A stretch of DNA of 64,000 nt, from positions 24,689 through 88,688 of the forward strand of contig JAAYVE010000022.1 in assembly GCA_012517315.1 (NCBI GenBank). The letters are read 5' to 3'. This stretch comes from Deltaproteobacteria bacterium. GTDB lineage: Bacteria > Desulfobacterota > Syntrophobacteria > Syntrophobacterales > Syntrophobacteraceae. Numbering within the stretch: position 1 is the first letter of the stretch; each line of letters opens with the position of its first letter. Position numbers and translations under genes: made by a program. Positions 1 to 10,005 of this stretch are shown here, in pieces. Under the pieces are notes generated by a model. The model searched no databases. It was not told the DNA's origin and was given only the letters and a program-made list of their open reading frames with translations.

Positions 1-2156
1 AACTTCTTGATGTTGGCGTAGACTCCGCGTCCCTCCTCAATGGCATTGACAATGGTGGCAAAGTTGTCGTCGGTGAGGATCATGTCGGACGCCTCTTTGG
101 CCACATCGGTGCCAGTGATCCCCATGGCGATGCCGATATGTGCTTTTTTGAGGGCGGGCGCGTCGTTGACGCCGTCTCCCGTGACGGCCACCACGTGACC
201 CAGTTCCTGCAGGGCGGAGACAATGCGCAGCTTGTGATCCGGTGTGGCACGGGCAAAGATCACCTCCCCCTCCAGGGCTTCCTTCAGCATCTCCTCCGTC
301 ATGTCATCGAGGTCGGCGCCCCCGATGACCCGTGGGCGACCGGTGTGGATGATGCCGATCCTGCGGGCGATGCTCTCCGCCGTGAGGCCATAGTCCCCGG
401 TGATCATGATGATCCGGATGCCGGCCCGGCGACATTTGTCCACGGCGTGTGAAACTTCGGGGCGAGGCGGGTCCAACATGGCCACGAGGCCGATAAAGGT
501 CAGATCCTGTTCCAAGATTTCCGGATCCAGATCACGGAAACCTGTGGCGGATTCACCCAGGCTCTTGGACAGATCGGAACGGCGGGCGACGGCAAGGACT
601 CGCAACCCCCTACGGGCGTATGCGTCGTTGGCGTCCATGATCCTCTCCCTCAGTTCCTCACTCAGGGGTGTTTCCATTCCGTCCCGGAGCAGCCGGGAGC
701 AGAGACGCAGCACTTCCTTGGGGGCTCCCTTCACATGGGCGATCAGGGAACCGTCACCGGTTCGATGTATCGTGCTCATGCGTTTGCGTCTGGATTCGAA
801 GGGCAGTTCCCTCAGGCGGGGAGCCGCCCGCTCCTCGGCTTGGAGATCCACCCCACCCTTTCTTGCCAGAACCAACAGTGCACCTTCGGTGGGGTCTCCC
901 AAAACCCCCCATCGAGGCCTTTCTCTCTCGGGGGAAAGCAGTCGAGCATTGCTGCACAGGCCGGCGGAAACAAGAAGTGCCCTGAGGTCACTTCTCTCGG
1001 CAGCGCTCAGCATTCTGCCATCCTCCAGGATCGCCCCCTCCGGTGAATAGCCGCTCCCGGTGACGGTCAATGCCTTGTCCCCCACCCAAAGCTCCCGCAC
1101 GGTCATTTCGTTCTGGGTGAGGGTCCCCGTCTTGTCGGTGCAGATGACAGTCGTGCAGCCCAGGGTCTCCACCGCGGACAGGCGTTTGACGAGGGCGTTT
1201 CTGCGTGCCATGCGCTGGACTCCCATGGCGAGGGAGAGGGTCACTGTGGGAAGCAGCCCCTCGGGGACGAAAGCGACGATCATCCCCATCCCGAATATGA
1301 AGCTCTCGGCTGGGTGAATCCCTGCGAAAGTGACCGCCAGCCCAAAGAAAACGCCTCCTGCAAAAACGGCGATGGCCGTAACCGACTTGGTGACGCGCTG
1401 CATTTCTCTCTGGAGAGGGCTGAGTTCCCCTTGGAGGGATTGAGTGAAGCCAGCGATTTTCCCCAGTTCCGTGCTCATCCCCGTTGCGAAAACAACGGCC
1501 TTGCCACTCCCCGCCATGACACTCGTTCCTGCAAAAAGCAGGTTCGGAATGTCTGTGCGGGCAAGGCCCCCTGTCCGGATCGCCTCGACGTTCTTGTGCA
1601 CCTGCACCGATTCGCCTGTGAGGGTGGACTGGTCCACCCGGAGTTCGTTTTCCTCCACAAGGCGGGCATCGGCGGAGATGCTGTCCCCTTCCGAAAACAG
1701 GATCACGTCTCCTGGTACAAGTTCCCGTGCTTCAGTCCGGACCACTTTCCCGTCCCGCACCAAACTCACCTGAAGGGGGAGGAGCCGGCACATGGCCTCC
1801 GTCGCCCGTTCAGCCTTGTATTCCTGCCAGAAGCTGAAAATCCCGTTGATGACATTGACCATCCAGATGGATATGGCGAGTTGAGGCATTTGCGCAATCA
1901 GAGCCACGAGACCTGCAATCCAGAGGAGAATGGCCATGAGGTGCACGAAGTTGGCCAGAAACTTCGCCACCAGTGACTGCCGTCGCGCTTCCTGAAGGAT
2001 ATTCGGACCGAATTGCTTGAGGCGCGTCAGAGCTTCCTCCCGGGTCAATCCCTCCGGGCGCGTCTTCAGCGCGGAGTAAACCTCACAAGGAGCCAGTCCC
2101 TCCAGCGGCGTGGTGATCTCTTCTTCCGGAAACTGCCGATGCCCCCAAGTGTTCAT
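1..2156 (-). CDS. Cation-transporting P-type ATPase (P2-type, Ca2+/Mg2+-like); C-terminus runs off the left window edge
   Basis: Own minus-strand translation; absent from the ORF track because no stop lies in the window. ATG at 2156. Contains N-terminal EGLTREEALTRLKQFGPN, TGES (QSTLTGESVQV), phosphorylation motif VICTDKTGTLT near 1140, and hinge VTGDGVNDAPALKKAHIGIAMG near 130-200. Confidence 0.9.
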   Translation of the reverse strand, partial: MNTWGHRQFPEEEITTPLEGLAPCEVYSALKTRPEGLTREEALTRLKQFGPNILQEARRQSLVAKFLANFVHLMAILLWIAGLVALIAQMPQLAISIWMVNVINGIFSFWQEYKAERATEAMCRLLPLQVSLVRDGKVVRTEARELVPGDVILFSEGDSISADARLVEENELRVDQSTLTGESVQVHKNVEAIRTGGLARTDIPNLLFAGTSVMAGSGKAVVFATGMSTELGKIAGFTQSLQGELSPLQREMQRVTKSVTAIAVFAGGVFFGLAVTFAGIHPAESFIFGMGMIVAFVPEGLLPTVTLSLAMGVQRMARRNALVKRLSAVETLGCTTVICTDKTGTLTQNEMTVRELWVGDKALTVTGSGYSPEGAILEDGRMLSAAERSDLRALLVSAGLCSNARLLSPERERPRWGVLGDPTEGALLVLARKGGVDLQAEERAAPRLRELPFESRRKRMSTIHRTGDGSLIAHVKGAPKEVLRLCSRLLRDGMETPLSEELRERIMDANDAYARRGLRVLAVARRSDLSKSLGESATGFRDLDPEILEQDLTFIGLVAMLDPPRPEVSHAVDKCRRAGIRIIMITGDYGLTAESIARRIGIIHTGRPRVIGGADLDDMTEEMLKEALEGEVIFARATPDHKLRIVSALQELGHVVAVTGDGVNDAPALKKAHIGIAMGITGTDVAKEASDMILTDDNFATIVNAIEEGRGVYANIKK

Positions 2157-2569
2157 GATTGCCTGGCCTCGCGTTGGCGATGCGGGGGACTGCCGTCAGC
2201 AAACAAGACGCAGAATCCCTCTGTAGACATGGTACTCCAAATGGATTTCCTTGTCCTCTGAGAATCTCCGCCATTCGATGATGGAGTTGCTCCTTCTCCC
2301 GGGTTTCCCTGATCGTCGGGTCTTTGAGCAGCGGCGCTTGCCGGCGTTTCAGGTTGTGCCGCCACTTGTGAGTCATGGGGAGGATGCATGAGGAGGATTC
2401 TCCGCATTGCCCCATCAAATGGGCAGTTGCGGAGAAGGTGGAGGGGATGATCTGCCCTTAGGAAGGTCTGGAGAGACTTTATCCATGCAAGGCAAGCCCC
2501 TCCGGTGCGACGGGCGGTGGATCGCATGGGCTATGGCCGCGAGAGCCGCCTTCGGTTACGCTCCCATTT

Positions 2570-4450
2570 TCACTGTAACGGGCTGTCCGGTTCCGGTTCG
2601 TCCATGGACAGGAACCGTTCCGCCTCGCCCGATGGGAGTTCCTGAATGCCTCTGAGCCTGCGCTCGATAGCGCGGGATCGCCTCGCGGCATCGTCCATAG
2701 TGTTTGAGGCCTGATCGAGCTTTTTCTTGACCCCGGCCAGGATGTCCCCGAACTTGCCGAACTCGGTTTTCACCGCTCCCAAGAGCTTCCACACTTCGCT
2801 GGATCGCTTCTGGATGGCCAGGGTCCTGAACCCCATCTGGAGACTGTTGAGCAAAGCTGCAAGGGTCGTCGGCCCGGCAATGACCACGCGGCATTCCCTC
2901 TGGATCTCTTCCACCACCCCCCCTCGTCTCATCACCTCAGCATAGAGGCCTTCCGTGGGAAGGAACATGATGGCGAAGTCCGTGGTGTGAGGGGGGCAGA
3001 GGTACTTGTTGCAGACGTCCCGCGCACAGGCCTTGATGCGTCCTGTGAGCCTCCTGGCGGCTTCCTCCGACGCCTCCGCGTCCGCTTTATCCTGTGCTTC
3101 CACAAGGCGCTGGTAGTCCTCCATGGGGAACTTGGCGTCAATGGGCAGCCACACCACTTCTCCCGCGTTTTCTCCCCGCCCGGGGAGCTTGATGGCGAAC
3201 TCCACCGTTTCTGTGCTCATCTCTTTGGTCTGCACGTTGCGCGCGTATTGCTCCGGTGCGAGCACCTGTTCCAGGAGGGCTTCCAGTTGGATTTCCCCCC
3301 AGCCCCCGCGGGCCTTCACGTTGGTGAGGACCCTTTTCAGATCTCCCACGCCCGTGGCGAGGGCTTGCATCTCCCCGAGTCCCCGGTGTACTTGTTCCAG
3401 CCTGTCGGAGACCTGCTTGAAGGATTCCCCGAGACGCTTTTCCAGGGTACCCTGAAGTTTTTCGTCCACAGTGTTGCGCATCTGGTCCAGTTGCCTCGCG
3501 TTGTCCTCCTGAATCCGCGTCAGTCTGGCTTCCACCGTGGCCCGAACGGCTTCGAGTTTGTTTTCGTTGGAATCCGTGAGCTTCCCGATGTGCTGTGAGA
3601 AGGACTGTATCTGCTCCTTCAGGAGGCTGCCCGTTTCGGTCATCGCCTTGAGGACCGAATCGCTGAAGTTCTTGAGAGACTGGGCTACCTCGTCTTTCAG
3701 AAGCCTTGCATTGGCCCCCGTTTCTTCGCGCATCTGGTCTATTTTCTTGCTGTTTTCACCTTGCAGGAGTCCGAGGCGCTCCTCAACGGTCTGCCGCATG
3801 GACGCGAGCCGCTGGTCGTTCGTCTGGGTGAGCCTCGCGAGATGCTCGGCGAAGATGTCCAGCTGGTTTTTCTGAAGAGCCGCCATTTCCCCCATGTTGC
3901 TGATGAGGGAGTCTCTGAAGGACTTGATGGTCAGACCCAGTTCTCCCCGGAGTTCCCGTGCCGCCGTGACAGAATCCTCACGTGCCTTCTCCAGCTCACT
4001 CCTGCTCTCCTGCTGCATTTCCTTCAGACGGTCCTCGACGGACTCCCGCATCCTTTCGAGTTTTTCCTCGTTGACTTGGGTGAGACCGCGCAGTTGAGCT
4101 GAAAAGCCCCCGAACTGCGTGTTCTGGAGGCTCGCCATTTCAGTCATCCGGGCCTGGAGCGAAGCGGCGAAGGCGTTCAGTGTGGCGATCATTTCCTCTC
4201 TCTCCTGCCGGAAACGTGTGGCCGTTTCCTCCCGGTTGGCGGAAATCTCGTCCTTCACCAGTCGTTCCAGCCGTTCCTGGCCGGCTTCCAATCGGTTCAT
4301 GAAGAGTTGCAAAGGCAGGTAGGGTTCCCATGGCTTCCTGCGCAGCAAGATGAGAAGAAGGACCAGGACCGCCGCCAGGAGCATTGTGTCGAGAACCGAA
4401 AGGAGCTCAGGTATTCCCGTTTGTTTCAAAGCGAGGACAAAAGCATCCAT
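2570..4450 (-). CDS. rmuC: DNA recombination protein RmuC with expanded coiled-coil N-terminal half
   Basis: ORF 2570..4534. Has a C-terminal RmuC-type domain (KARGGWGEIQLEALLEQVL, FAIMFLPTEGLYAEV), an N-terminal TM helix and a long coiled coil. Start placed at ATG 4450 (MDAFVLAL) with GGAGGG 8 nt upstream; 4534 is the longest possible start. Confidence 0.85.
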   Translation of the reverse strand: MDAFVLALKQTGIPELLSVLDTMLLAAVLVLLLILLRRKPWEPYLPLQLFMNRLEAGQERLERLVKDEISANREETATRFRQEREEMIATLNAFAASLQARMTEMASLQNTQFGGFSAQLRGLTQVNEEKLERMRESVEDRLKEMQQESRSELEKAREDSVTAARELRGELGLTIKSFRDSLISNMGEMAALQKNQLDIFAEHLARLTQTNDQRLASMRQTVEERLGLLQGENSKKIDQMREETGANARLLKDEVAQSLKNFSDSVLKAMTETGSLLKEQIQSFSQHIGKLTDSNENKLEAVRATVEARLTRIQEDNARQLDQMRNTVDEKLQGTLEKRLGESFKQVSDRLEQVHRGLGEMQALATGVGDLKRVLTNVKARGGWGEIQLEALLEQVLAPEQYARNVQTKEMSTETVEFAIKLPGRGENAGEVVWLPIDAKFPMEDYQRLVEAQDKADAEASEEAARRLTGRIKACARDVCNKYLCPPHTTDFAIMFLPTEGLYAEVMRRGGVVEEIQRECRVVIAGPTTLAALLNSLQMGFRTLAIQKRSSEVWKLLGAVKTEFGKFGDILAGVKKKLDQASNTMDDAARRSRAIERRLRGIQELPSGEAERFLSMDEPEPDSPLQ

Positions 4451-4630
4451 TGGCTGCACCCTCCGTTGGTTTTTCGTCTTCTTAACGCATACGGCCAAGC
4501 CCTGCAACTTTCCACAGGAAGGCCCGCGTTCCATGCCGATGTGAACATCACTTCGGCGAGAACCTGCCAGGAAAGCGGCATGCCAAGCTGTTTCAACATT
4601 GTCCGAAGGGAGAATCCCCTGAGGATGGTC

Positions 4631-5860
4631 TTACCGGAGGTGCGGAAAGGAGATGCGGAGCCAGAGCCATGCCGCAGCGAAGGCGAGTGTGACAAGAGTG
4701 ACCGGGATTCCCACGCGAGCGTGGTCCTTCCAGGTGATTCGCACGCCGAGTGTTTTGGCCTGTTCCACCACGATGATGTTGGCGATGCTTCCCACCAGGA
4801 GGAGATTCCCGGCGAGGGTGCTCGCCAGGGCGAGAATGGATCCGCCCATGGGGTGAATGGTAGCGGGGAGTAATAGCATGGTCGCTGGCATGTTGGAAAC
4901 GAGGTTGGAGAGCACAACTGCAACCCCGAAAAGCCAACGGGGCTCGCTGATGTCGACGCCGGTGGAACGGACGGCATTCATGATCCTGTCCATGTTTCCG
5001 GAAACCGCCAACACATGGTTCACGACGAAAAGACCGGAAAAAAGAACCAGCAAGTGCCAGTCCACCAATCCCAGGATTCTCGTTGAAGACATCCTGCGGC
5101 TTGAAAGAAGCCAGCCGGCTGCGGCCAGTGCCAAAACATCCCGGGGGAGCCGCGTGAACAGAAAAAGCCCCACCAGAACGCTCAAAACCAAGGCACCCTT
5201 GCCCGTCTGCCACGCACTGAAGGGAGGCGCCTCGACGGTGGGGACGGAGGTCTCTTTTTCCCAGTTGCCTCTCGCGCGAATCTTGACCACATACCAGACC
5301 GATGCAAGCCCGAGGATTACGGGGATGCCCGCATCCACCAGGTAAGCGACGAAGGACAAGTTGAGCGTTTGACCGATGAGCATATTCTGGGGGTTGCCGA
5401 TGAGTGTCGCCGCGGATCCGACATTGGCGGCGCAAGCAAGCGCCAGTAGAAAAGGCACGGGATCCAGGCGCCGCCTTGCGCAGACCTCCACCAGGACTGG
5501 AGTCATCGCCAGACAGACGATGTCGTTTGCCAGGAAAGCGGAGAGGAGTCCTGCGCAAAGGATGAGAAGGCCCAGAAAAACTGCGGGGGAGACGTCCATG
5601 CTTCCCAGTCGGTGCGTCAGGTAGGCGTAGAATCCGCCCAGTCGAAATTGAGCCGACACCACCATGAGGCCGAGCAGGAGAGCGATGGTGGGAACGTCTA
5701 TGGATCTCCAGGCGTCCTCCGGCTGAACCTTTCCCGATGCGAGCAGGAAAATGGCTCCCAGCAGGGCAATACCGGTTCGATCCAGGGCCAGCCCCGGGAT
5801 CTTCCCCAGGATCATCCCCAAGTACACAAAAAAGAACACCGCCAACACACCGGCATCCAT
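4631..5860 (-). CDS. ArsB/NhaD-superfamily (CitMHS-like) anion permease
   Basis: 409-aa ORF that is hydrophobic throughout, with roughly 10-12 helices. Sequence style matches ArsB/NhaD permeases (GLALDRTGIALLGA, NLLLVGSIANIIV). Family assigned from memory only. Confidence 0.7.
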   Translation of the reverse strand: MDAGVLAVFFFVYLGMILGKIPGLALDRTGIALLGAIFLLASGKVQPEDAWRSIDVPTIALLLGLMVVSAQFRLGGFYAYLTHRLGSMDVSPAVFLGLLILCAGLLSAFLANDIVCLAMTPVLVEVCARRRLDPVPFLLALACAANVGSAATLIGNPQNMLIGQTLNLSFVAYLVDAGIPVILGLASVWYVVKIRARGNWEKETSVPTVEAPPFSAWQTGKGALVLSVLVGLFLFTRLPRDVLALAAAGWLLSSRRMSSTRILGLVDWHLLVLFSGLFVVNHVLAVSGNMDRIMNAVRSTGVDISEPRWLFGVAVVLSNLVSNMPATMLLLPATIHPMGGSILALASTLAGNLLLVGSIANIIVVEQAKTLGVRITWKDHARVGIPVTLVTLAFAAAWLWLRISFPHLR

Positions 5861-6350
5861 GCGGCCCCTACCCCCATTCCTTTCATGTCATGATTCGTCG
5901 AGCGGACAGTTACTTAACGGTTTCGCCCACACTAGGCAAGGAAGATCAAACGGTTTCCGCACAAGTATCGGGATGTACCCATGGAAAATGAAACACGCAG
6001 ATCAGGGGCATGGGCATCTGCCGGGGCAAACGATGCATGTCATTCGTCCGCGGGGGGGCTTCCATACCTCATGAGCCATTTCAAAGACAAGGGAAAGCTC
6101 TCCCATTTTCTCGTGATGGGTTTCCGTCAGGGGTCCGAATTAGAGGGGAAAGCTTCATGGTGCTGAGGAGAGCAGGTTCAAGAGCCTCATGGTCTGAAGG
6201 AAAGCTGGGGCAGAGGGGATGCACTCCGGTACTTCCGTCATGCGGATGACCGTTTTCGCGAAGGGACTGGGAACGGGGATCGGCACCGCGCTGCTTTGAA
6301 GAACCAATGGATCCATATTCACAACAACCCCAAGAAAACGAGGAGAACGC

Positions 6351-6632
6351 ATGAAACGATTCTTGTTTGCAGTCAGCCTGGCAGCCTTGCTCCCGTTCAT
6401 CGCGGAATGCAGTCTCGCCGCAGAAAATGCGAATTCGTCCGGCGTCGCCCTGCAGGTGGCTCAGGCACGCCAAGGTGCGAACGCATGTATGGACAGATGT
6501 GAAAAGGCAAAGGACAACTGCATGGCTTACTATGTCAAGTCCGATTCGACAAGCGGCCGCTACGTCAGTGCCGATGGCGCCAAAACATGCTGGGAGGCCT
6601 ATCACCAGTGCAAGAGGCAGTGCCCCCGGTAA
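6351..6632 (+). CDS. Small exported Cys-rich protein (hypothetical)
   Basis: 93-aa ORF with GAGGAG RBS about 6 nt upstream. Signal-peptide-like N-terminus MKRFLFAVSLAALLPFIAECSLAAE. Six mature Cys arranged CxxxC...C...C...CxxxC. Confidence 0.6.
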   Translation: MKRFLFAVSLAALLPFIAECSLAAENANSSGVALQVAQARQGANACMDRCEKAKDNCMAYYVKSDSTSGRYVSADGAKTCWEAYHQCKRQCPR

Positions 6633-7046
6633 ACAGGAAAGCACAGTGGGGGAAATCGAACGTGCATCCACTTTAAGCAAGACTGTCCCTTTCCCCTGGT
6701 TTTGCCGGGGGAAGGGAAAAGAAGTCCAATTCCCAGAACACCCTTCTTTCCCGGGCGTGCTCTCCTCCCCGGGGAACCCATGAACCGGAAAAGCTGCACC
6801 CCCACGGCACGTCCTGCCTTCTCCCCATTGGCTGTGCTCTTGCGTTTTTCAGCGGGATAATCGATGATGAACGAGTCGTGGCGTGACCGATGGGTTTTTG
6901 GGGGTAAATCCAGGAATGGAGCGCCAAAGCAGGTTCCTGGGAGGCCAAAATACCGGTGGGCGGTGGCCGAGGTTCCTACGCCGCGACTTGAGGGGGAGGG
7001 TGGTAAGGGCTTTTCATGCGGCCTTGAGAAGGGGTATTCGGACCAG

Positions 7047-7529
7047 ATGAACGAGGACGGAGTATCGAAAAGTTCACGCTCCACCGGACCGCACCGGTTT
7101 GAGATGGAAGGCTGGATCAGTTGCGCGCCTTTCGAGCGGCTTCTCAACATGAGGATCGTCGAAGCGGCGGATGGCCGGGCCGTCCTGACGATGCCCTTCC
7201 ACATGGAATACGCCCAGGGCGGAGGACTCATGCACGGAGGGGCACTGGTCAGTTTGGCCGATACGGCCGTGGTCATGGCCATAAAAAGCATTGTCCCCCC
7301 ACAGTCGCATTTTGCGACCGTCTTGCTCGAAGCGAAATTCCTCGCGCCGGTCAAACAGGGAACAGTGACGGCGAGAGCCAGGGTCGTCCACAGGGAAGGA
7401 AGGGTCATCATGGGACACGCAGAGGTCTGCGACGAAGCGGGACGGGTTGTCGTCGATTTTTCTTCCACCTTCAAGGTCGCTAGAGATGCTGCCATTCGAG
7501 GGATCACGTTTCAGAAGGGTGGTGCATGA
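7047..7529 (+). CDS. PaaI-family (hotdog fold) acyl-CoA thioesterase
   Basis: The C-terminal 140 aa of ORF 6864..7529 carry a PaaI-like pattern: FERLLNMRIVEAADGRAVLTMP, GGGLMHGGALVSLADTA. Start moved to ATG 7047, since the upstream extension is not protein-like. Confidence 0.8.
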   Translation: MNEDGVSKSSRSTGPHRFEMEGWISCAPFERLLNMRIVEAADGRAVLTMPFHMEYAQGGGLMHGGALVSLADTAVVMAIKSIVPPQSHFATVLLEAKFLAPVKQGTVTARARVVHREGRVIMGHAEVCDEAGRVVVDFSSTFKVARDAAIRGITFQKGGA

Positions 7530-7704
7530 GTCCGGATGCAACGTCCAGGTGAGTCATGGTTCCGCCTGCGTGAACGCTTAGGAGTTCTCCATCGGTTCCC
7601 TTGTCCACCAAAAACCGCCTTTCCAGATGTGAGCCCGCACCATGTCGCTCTTTCCTATGAAGAGGGCTGTGGCGAAAGGTGACATCAAGCCGCGGGGCCC
7701 GCAG

Positions 7705-8322
7705 ATGATGGAATATCTCACATTTGGAGCCACACTGGGCCTCTCGGCGGGTCTTGCACCGGGTCCCCTTCTGACTCTGGTCATATCCGAGACGCTCCAT
7801 CACGGGATGAAGGCAGGGGTTAAGGTGGCCCTCGCCCCTCTTGTCACCGATTTGCCCATCATCCTCCTCACCTTTTTTGCGTTGGTTCAGTTTTCCCACC
7901 TCCACCGCGTGCTGGGCGTCTTCTCCCTTGCCGGTGGCGTGTTTCTCCTGTTCATGGGTTACCAAACCATGTACCACAAGGACATGGACCTGAATGCTCC
8001 TGTGGGTGGATCGAGATCCCTGGCTAAGGGGATACTGGCCAACGCCCTCAACCCACATCCTTACCTGTTCTGGTTCTGCGTGGGGGCCCCCACAATAGGC
8101 AAGGCATTGAAAACGGATCCGACAGGTCCCTTCGCCTTCGTCTGCGGATTCTACGTCTTGCTGATTGGCTCAAAGGTTCTTTTAGCCTTGGTGGTCGGCA
8201 GGTGGACATCCTTTCTGCAGCGGAATGCATACCGGTACGCCATGCGGTTGCTTGGGCTGGCATTGTGTGCCCTCGCCATTTTGCTTTTCCGGGACGGTGT
8301 GAGGCTTCTGGGATGGTCATGA
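7705..8322 (+). CDS. LysE/RhtB-family amino-acid exporter
   Basis: MMEYLTFGATLGLSAGLAPGPLLTLVI is a typical LysE N-terminus, and there are about 6 hydrophobic helices. ORF track start is 7642. Confidence 0.8.
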   Translation: MMEYLTFGATLGLSAGLAPGPLLTLVISETLHHGMKAGVKVALAPLVTDLPIILLTFFALVQFSHLHRVLGVFSLAGGVFLLFMGYQTMYHKDMDLNAPVGGSRSLAKGILANALNPHPYLFWFCVGAPTIGKALKTDPTGPFAFVCGFYVLLIGSKVLLALVVGRWTSFLQRNAYRYAMRLLGLALCALAILLFRDGVRLLGWS

Positions 8323-8394
8323 AGGCTGATGGGGAAAAGCATTATCATCGCATTCGGAAGCCTTTCGCGTCAAGGGTTCCAATACCGATGGTCT

Positions 8395-8547
8395 TCACCG
8401 CCCGCTCGTTTTTGAGGGAAAGGTTGCCGGGAGAATCATCGCGTAGGCGAAGCGTGCCAGGCCGAGGCGGGAAAACAGCACAAATCCCCTCACCGCAACG
8501 ATGACCCACCCGTCGCGCACCGAATGAAGCGCGAAAGGGAAAGCCAT
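8395..8547 (-). pseudogene. Possible remnant of a YbfB/YjiJ-type MFS transporter N-terminus (50 codons)
   Basis: Own translation: MAFPFALHSVRDGWVIVAVRGFVLFSRLGLARFAYAMILPATFPSKTSGR*. The GLARFAY..LP segment resembles the conserved N-terminal motif of that MFS family. Only about 70 nt remain before the next gene, so it cannot be full length. Confidence 0.25.
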
Positions 8548-8663
8548 GGCAATTTCTCCGGCATTATACGTTAAAATGCCGGTGTGTGAGCCGGTCGCGA
8601 TTCCATGCCAGGGCCTGAAGAAAAATGGGTGAGCCCATTTCTGAACCCACCCATTGACTTCTC

Positions 8664-8750
8664 TGGTGCCGAAGCGGGGACTCGAACCCCGACAGGCGTA
8701 CGCCCACTAGACCCTGAACCTAGCGCGTCTACCAGTTCCGCCACTTCGGC
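8664..8750 (-). tRNA. tRNA-Leu (anticodon CAG), CCA encoded
   Basis: Minus-strand sequence GCCGAAGUGGCGGAACUGGUAGACGCGCUAGGUUCAGGGUCUAGUGGGCGUACGCCUGUCGGGGUUCGAGUCCCCGCUUCGGCACCA. Acceptor GCCGAAG/CUUCGGC, anticodon loop UUCAGGG, long variable arm, T-loop GGUUCGAGUCC. Confidence 0.95.
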
Positions 8751-8851
8751 TGCACAACAAAAGCATTGCATTCAATGTGGGCGTAACGTATTCTAATCTA
8801 CTTGCGGTGTCAAGTAGATTTGCAGCGATTGCGGAGGTTGCGAAGCTCAAA

Positions 8852-9859
8852 ATGAAGGTCTTTGTGGGTGTTCAAGAGATTGCCCGATCCATCAGAAACC
8901 CCGTTCTCACCATTGGAAACTTCGACGGAGTGCATCGCGGTCATCAAGCCCTGTTTCACAGGGTCAGGGAATGGGCGGAGAAACTCCACGGGGAATCCGT
9001 CGTCATGACTTTCTATCCTCAGCCCCTCAAGGTTTTAGCTCCCGAGACCGGGCCGCCTCTCATCACGCTCCATGAAAAGAAGCTGGAACTCATCGCTTCG
9101 TGCGGAATCGATGTGACCATCGTGATCCCTTTCGACAGGGAATTTTCCAAGATTTCGGCCCCCAGTTTCGTGAAGGATATCCTGGTGGGAAAAATCGGCG
9201 TCCGAGCCCTCGTCGTCGGCTACGATTACCGGTTCGGCCACGGCAGGCAGGGGGACATCGATTTCCTTCGCCAAATGGGAGATGAACACGGTTTCTTCGT
9301 GGACATTGTGTCCGGAATCCGCGTGGAGGAAACCGTGGTGAGCAGCACCCTCATCCGTCAACTCATCAAGGACGGGGATCTCAGGGAAGCCTGCCGGCTC
9401 CTGGGGCGTCCCTACGAGGTGAGCGGCACGGTTGTCACGGGCAGGGGCAGGGGAGGGCGGCTCCTGGGGTTTCCCACGGCGAACGTGCGCCTCTCTGGTC
9501 AAGCCTGCCCGCGGCCGGGCGTCTATGCCGTGCAGGCGGAGGTGAACGGCGCCATCTACGGCGGAGCCGCCAACCTGGGATACAATCCCACTTTCGGAGA
9601 CGATGAACTCTCCCTGGAAGTGCATATCTTCGACTTTGACAAGGACATCTACGGCAAACCCATCTCCGTCAGATTCATCGACCGGCTGAGGGATGAGCAG
9701 CGTTTTTCCGGTATGGAGGAACTGGTGGAACAGATTCGAAAAGACGTGGCGAGGGCGAGAGAGGTCCTCTCCAAGGAAGGTTCCCTTTCCTGCCGTGGGA
9801 TACTGACCGAAGCAGAGCGGGAGTTTGTAGGGGGAGCCTGCCAAGCGCGAGTGGGGTAG
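8852..9859 (+). CDS. ribF: Bifunctional riboflavin kinase / FMN adenylyltransferase
   Basis: LTIGNFDGVHRGHQALF (FAD synthetase motif), with C-terminal kinase motifs GFPTANV and GANLGYNPTF. Start at ATG 8852 (MKVFVG); ORF track start is 8777. Confidence 0.92.
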   Translation: MKVFVGVQEIARSIRNPVLTIGNFDGVHRGHQALFHRVREWAEKLHGESVVMTFYPQPLKVLAPETGPPLITLHEKKLELIASCGIDVTIVIPFDREFSKISAPSFVKDILVGKIGVRALVVGYDYRFGHGRQGDIDFLRQMGDEHGFFVDIVSGIRVEETVVSSTLIRQLIKDGDLREACRLLGRPYEVSGTVVTGRGRGGRLLGFPTANVRLSGQACPRPGVYAVQAEVNGAIYGGAANLGYNPTFGDDELSLEVHIFDFDKDIYGKPISVRFIDRLRDEQRFSGMEELVEQIRKDVARAREVLSKEGSLSCRGILTEAEREFVGGACQARVG

Positions 9860-10005
9860 AGGCGGCTTGTCGGTTTGAGTGCATCCTCTCCCCCTTGACG
9901 TCCATCGTCCCAAGGGTGGTTCCCCAAGTGCGTCACGTGGATTCGGGCGGTTGAAGACCCGCCCAACCCGGCGAAGTGCGTTGCCTCGGCTTCGGCGGAC
10001 CGACC

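Noticed and set aside
9945-9964. GGGCGG-N8-CCGCCC hairpin between convergent ribF and hflX
   Set aside because: The stem is only 6 bp and has no U-run on either strand. Too weak to call a terminator.
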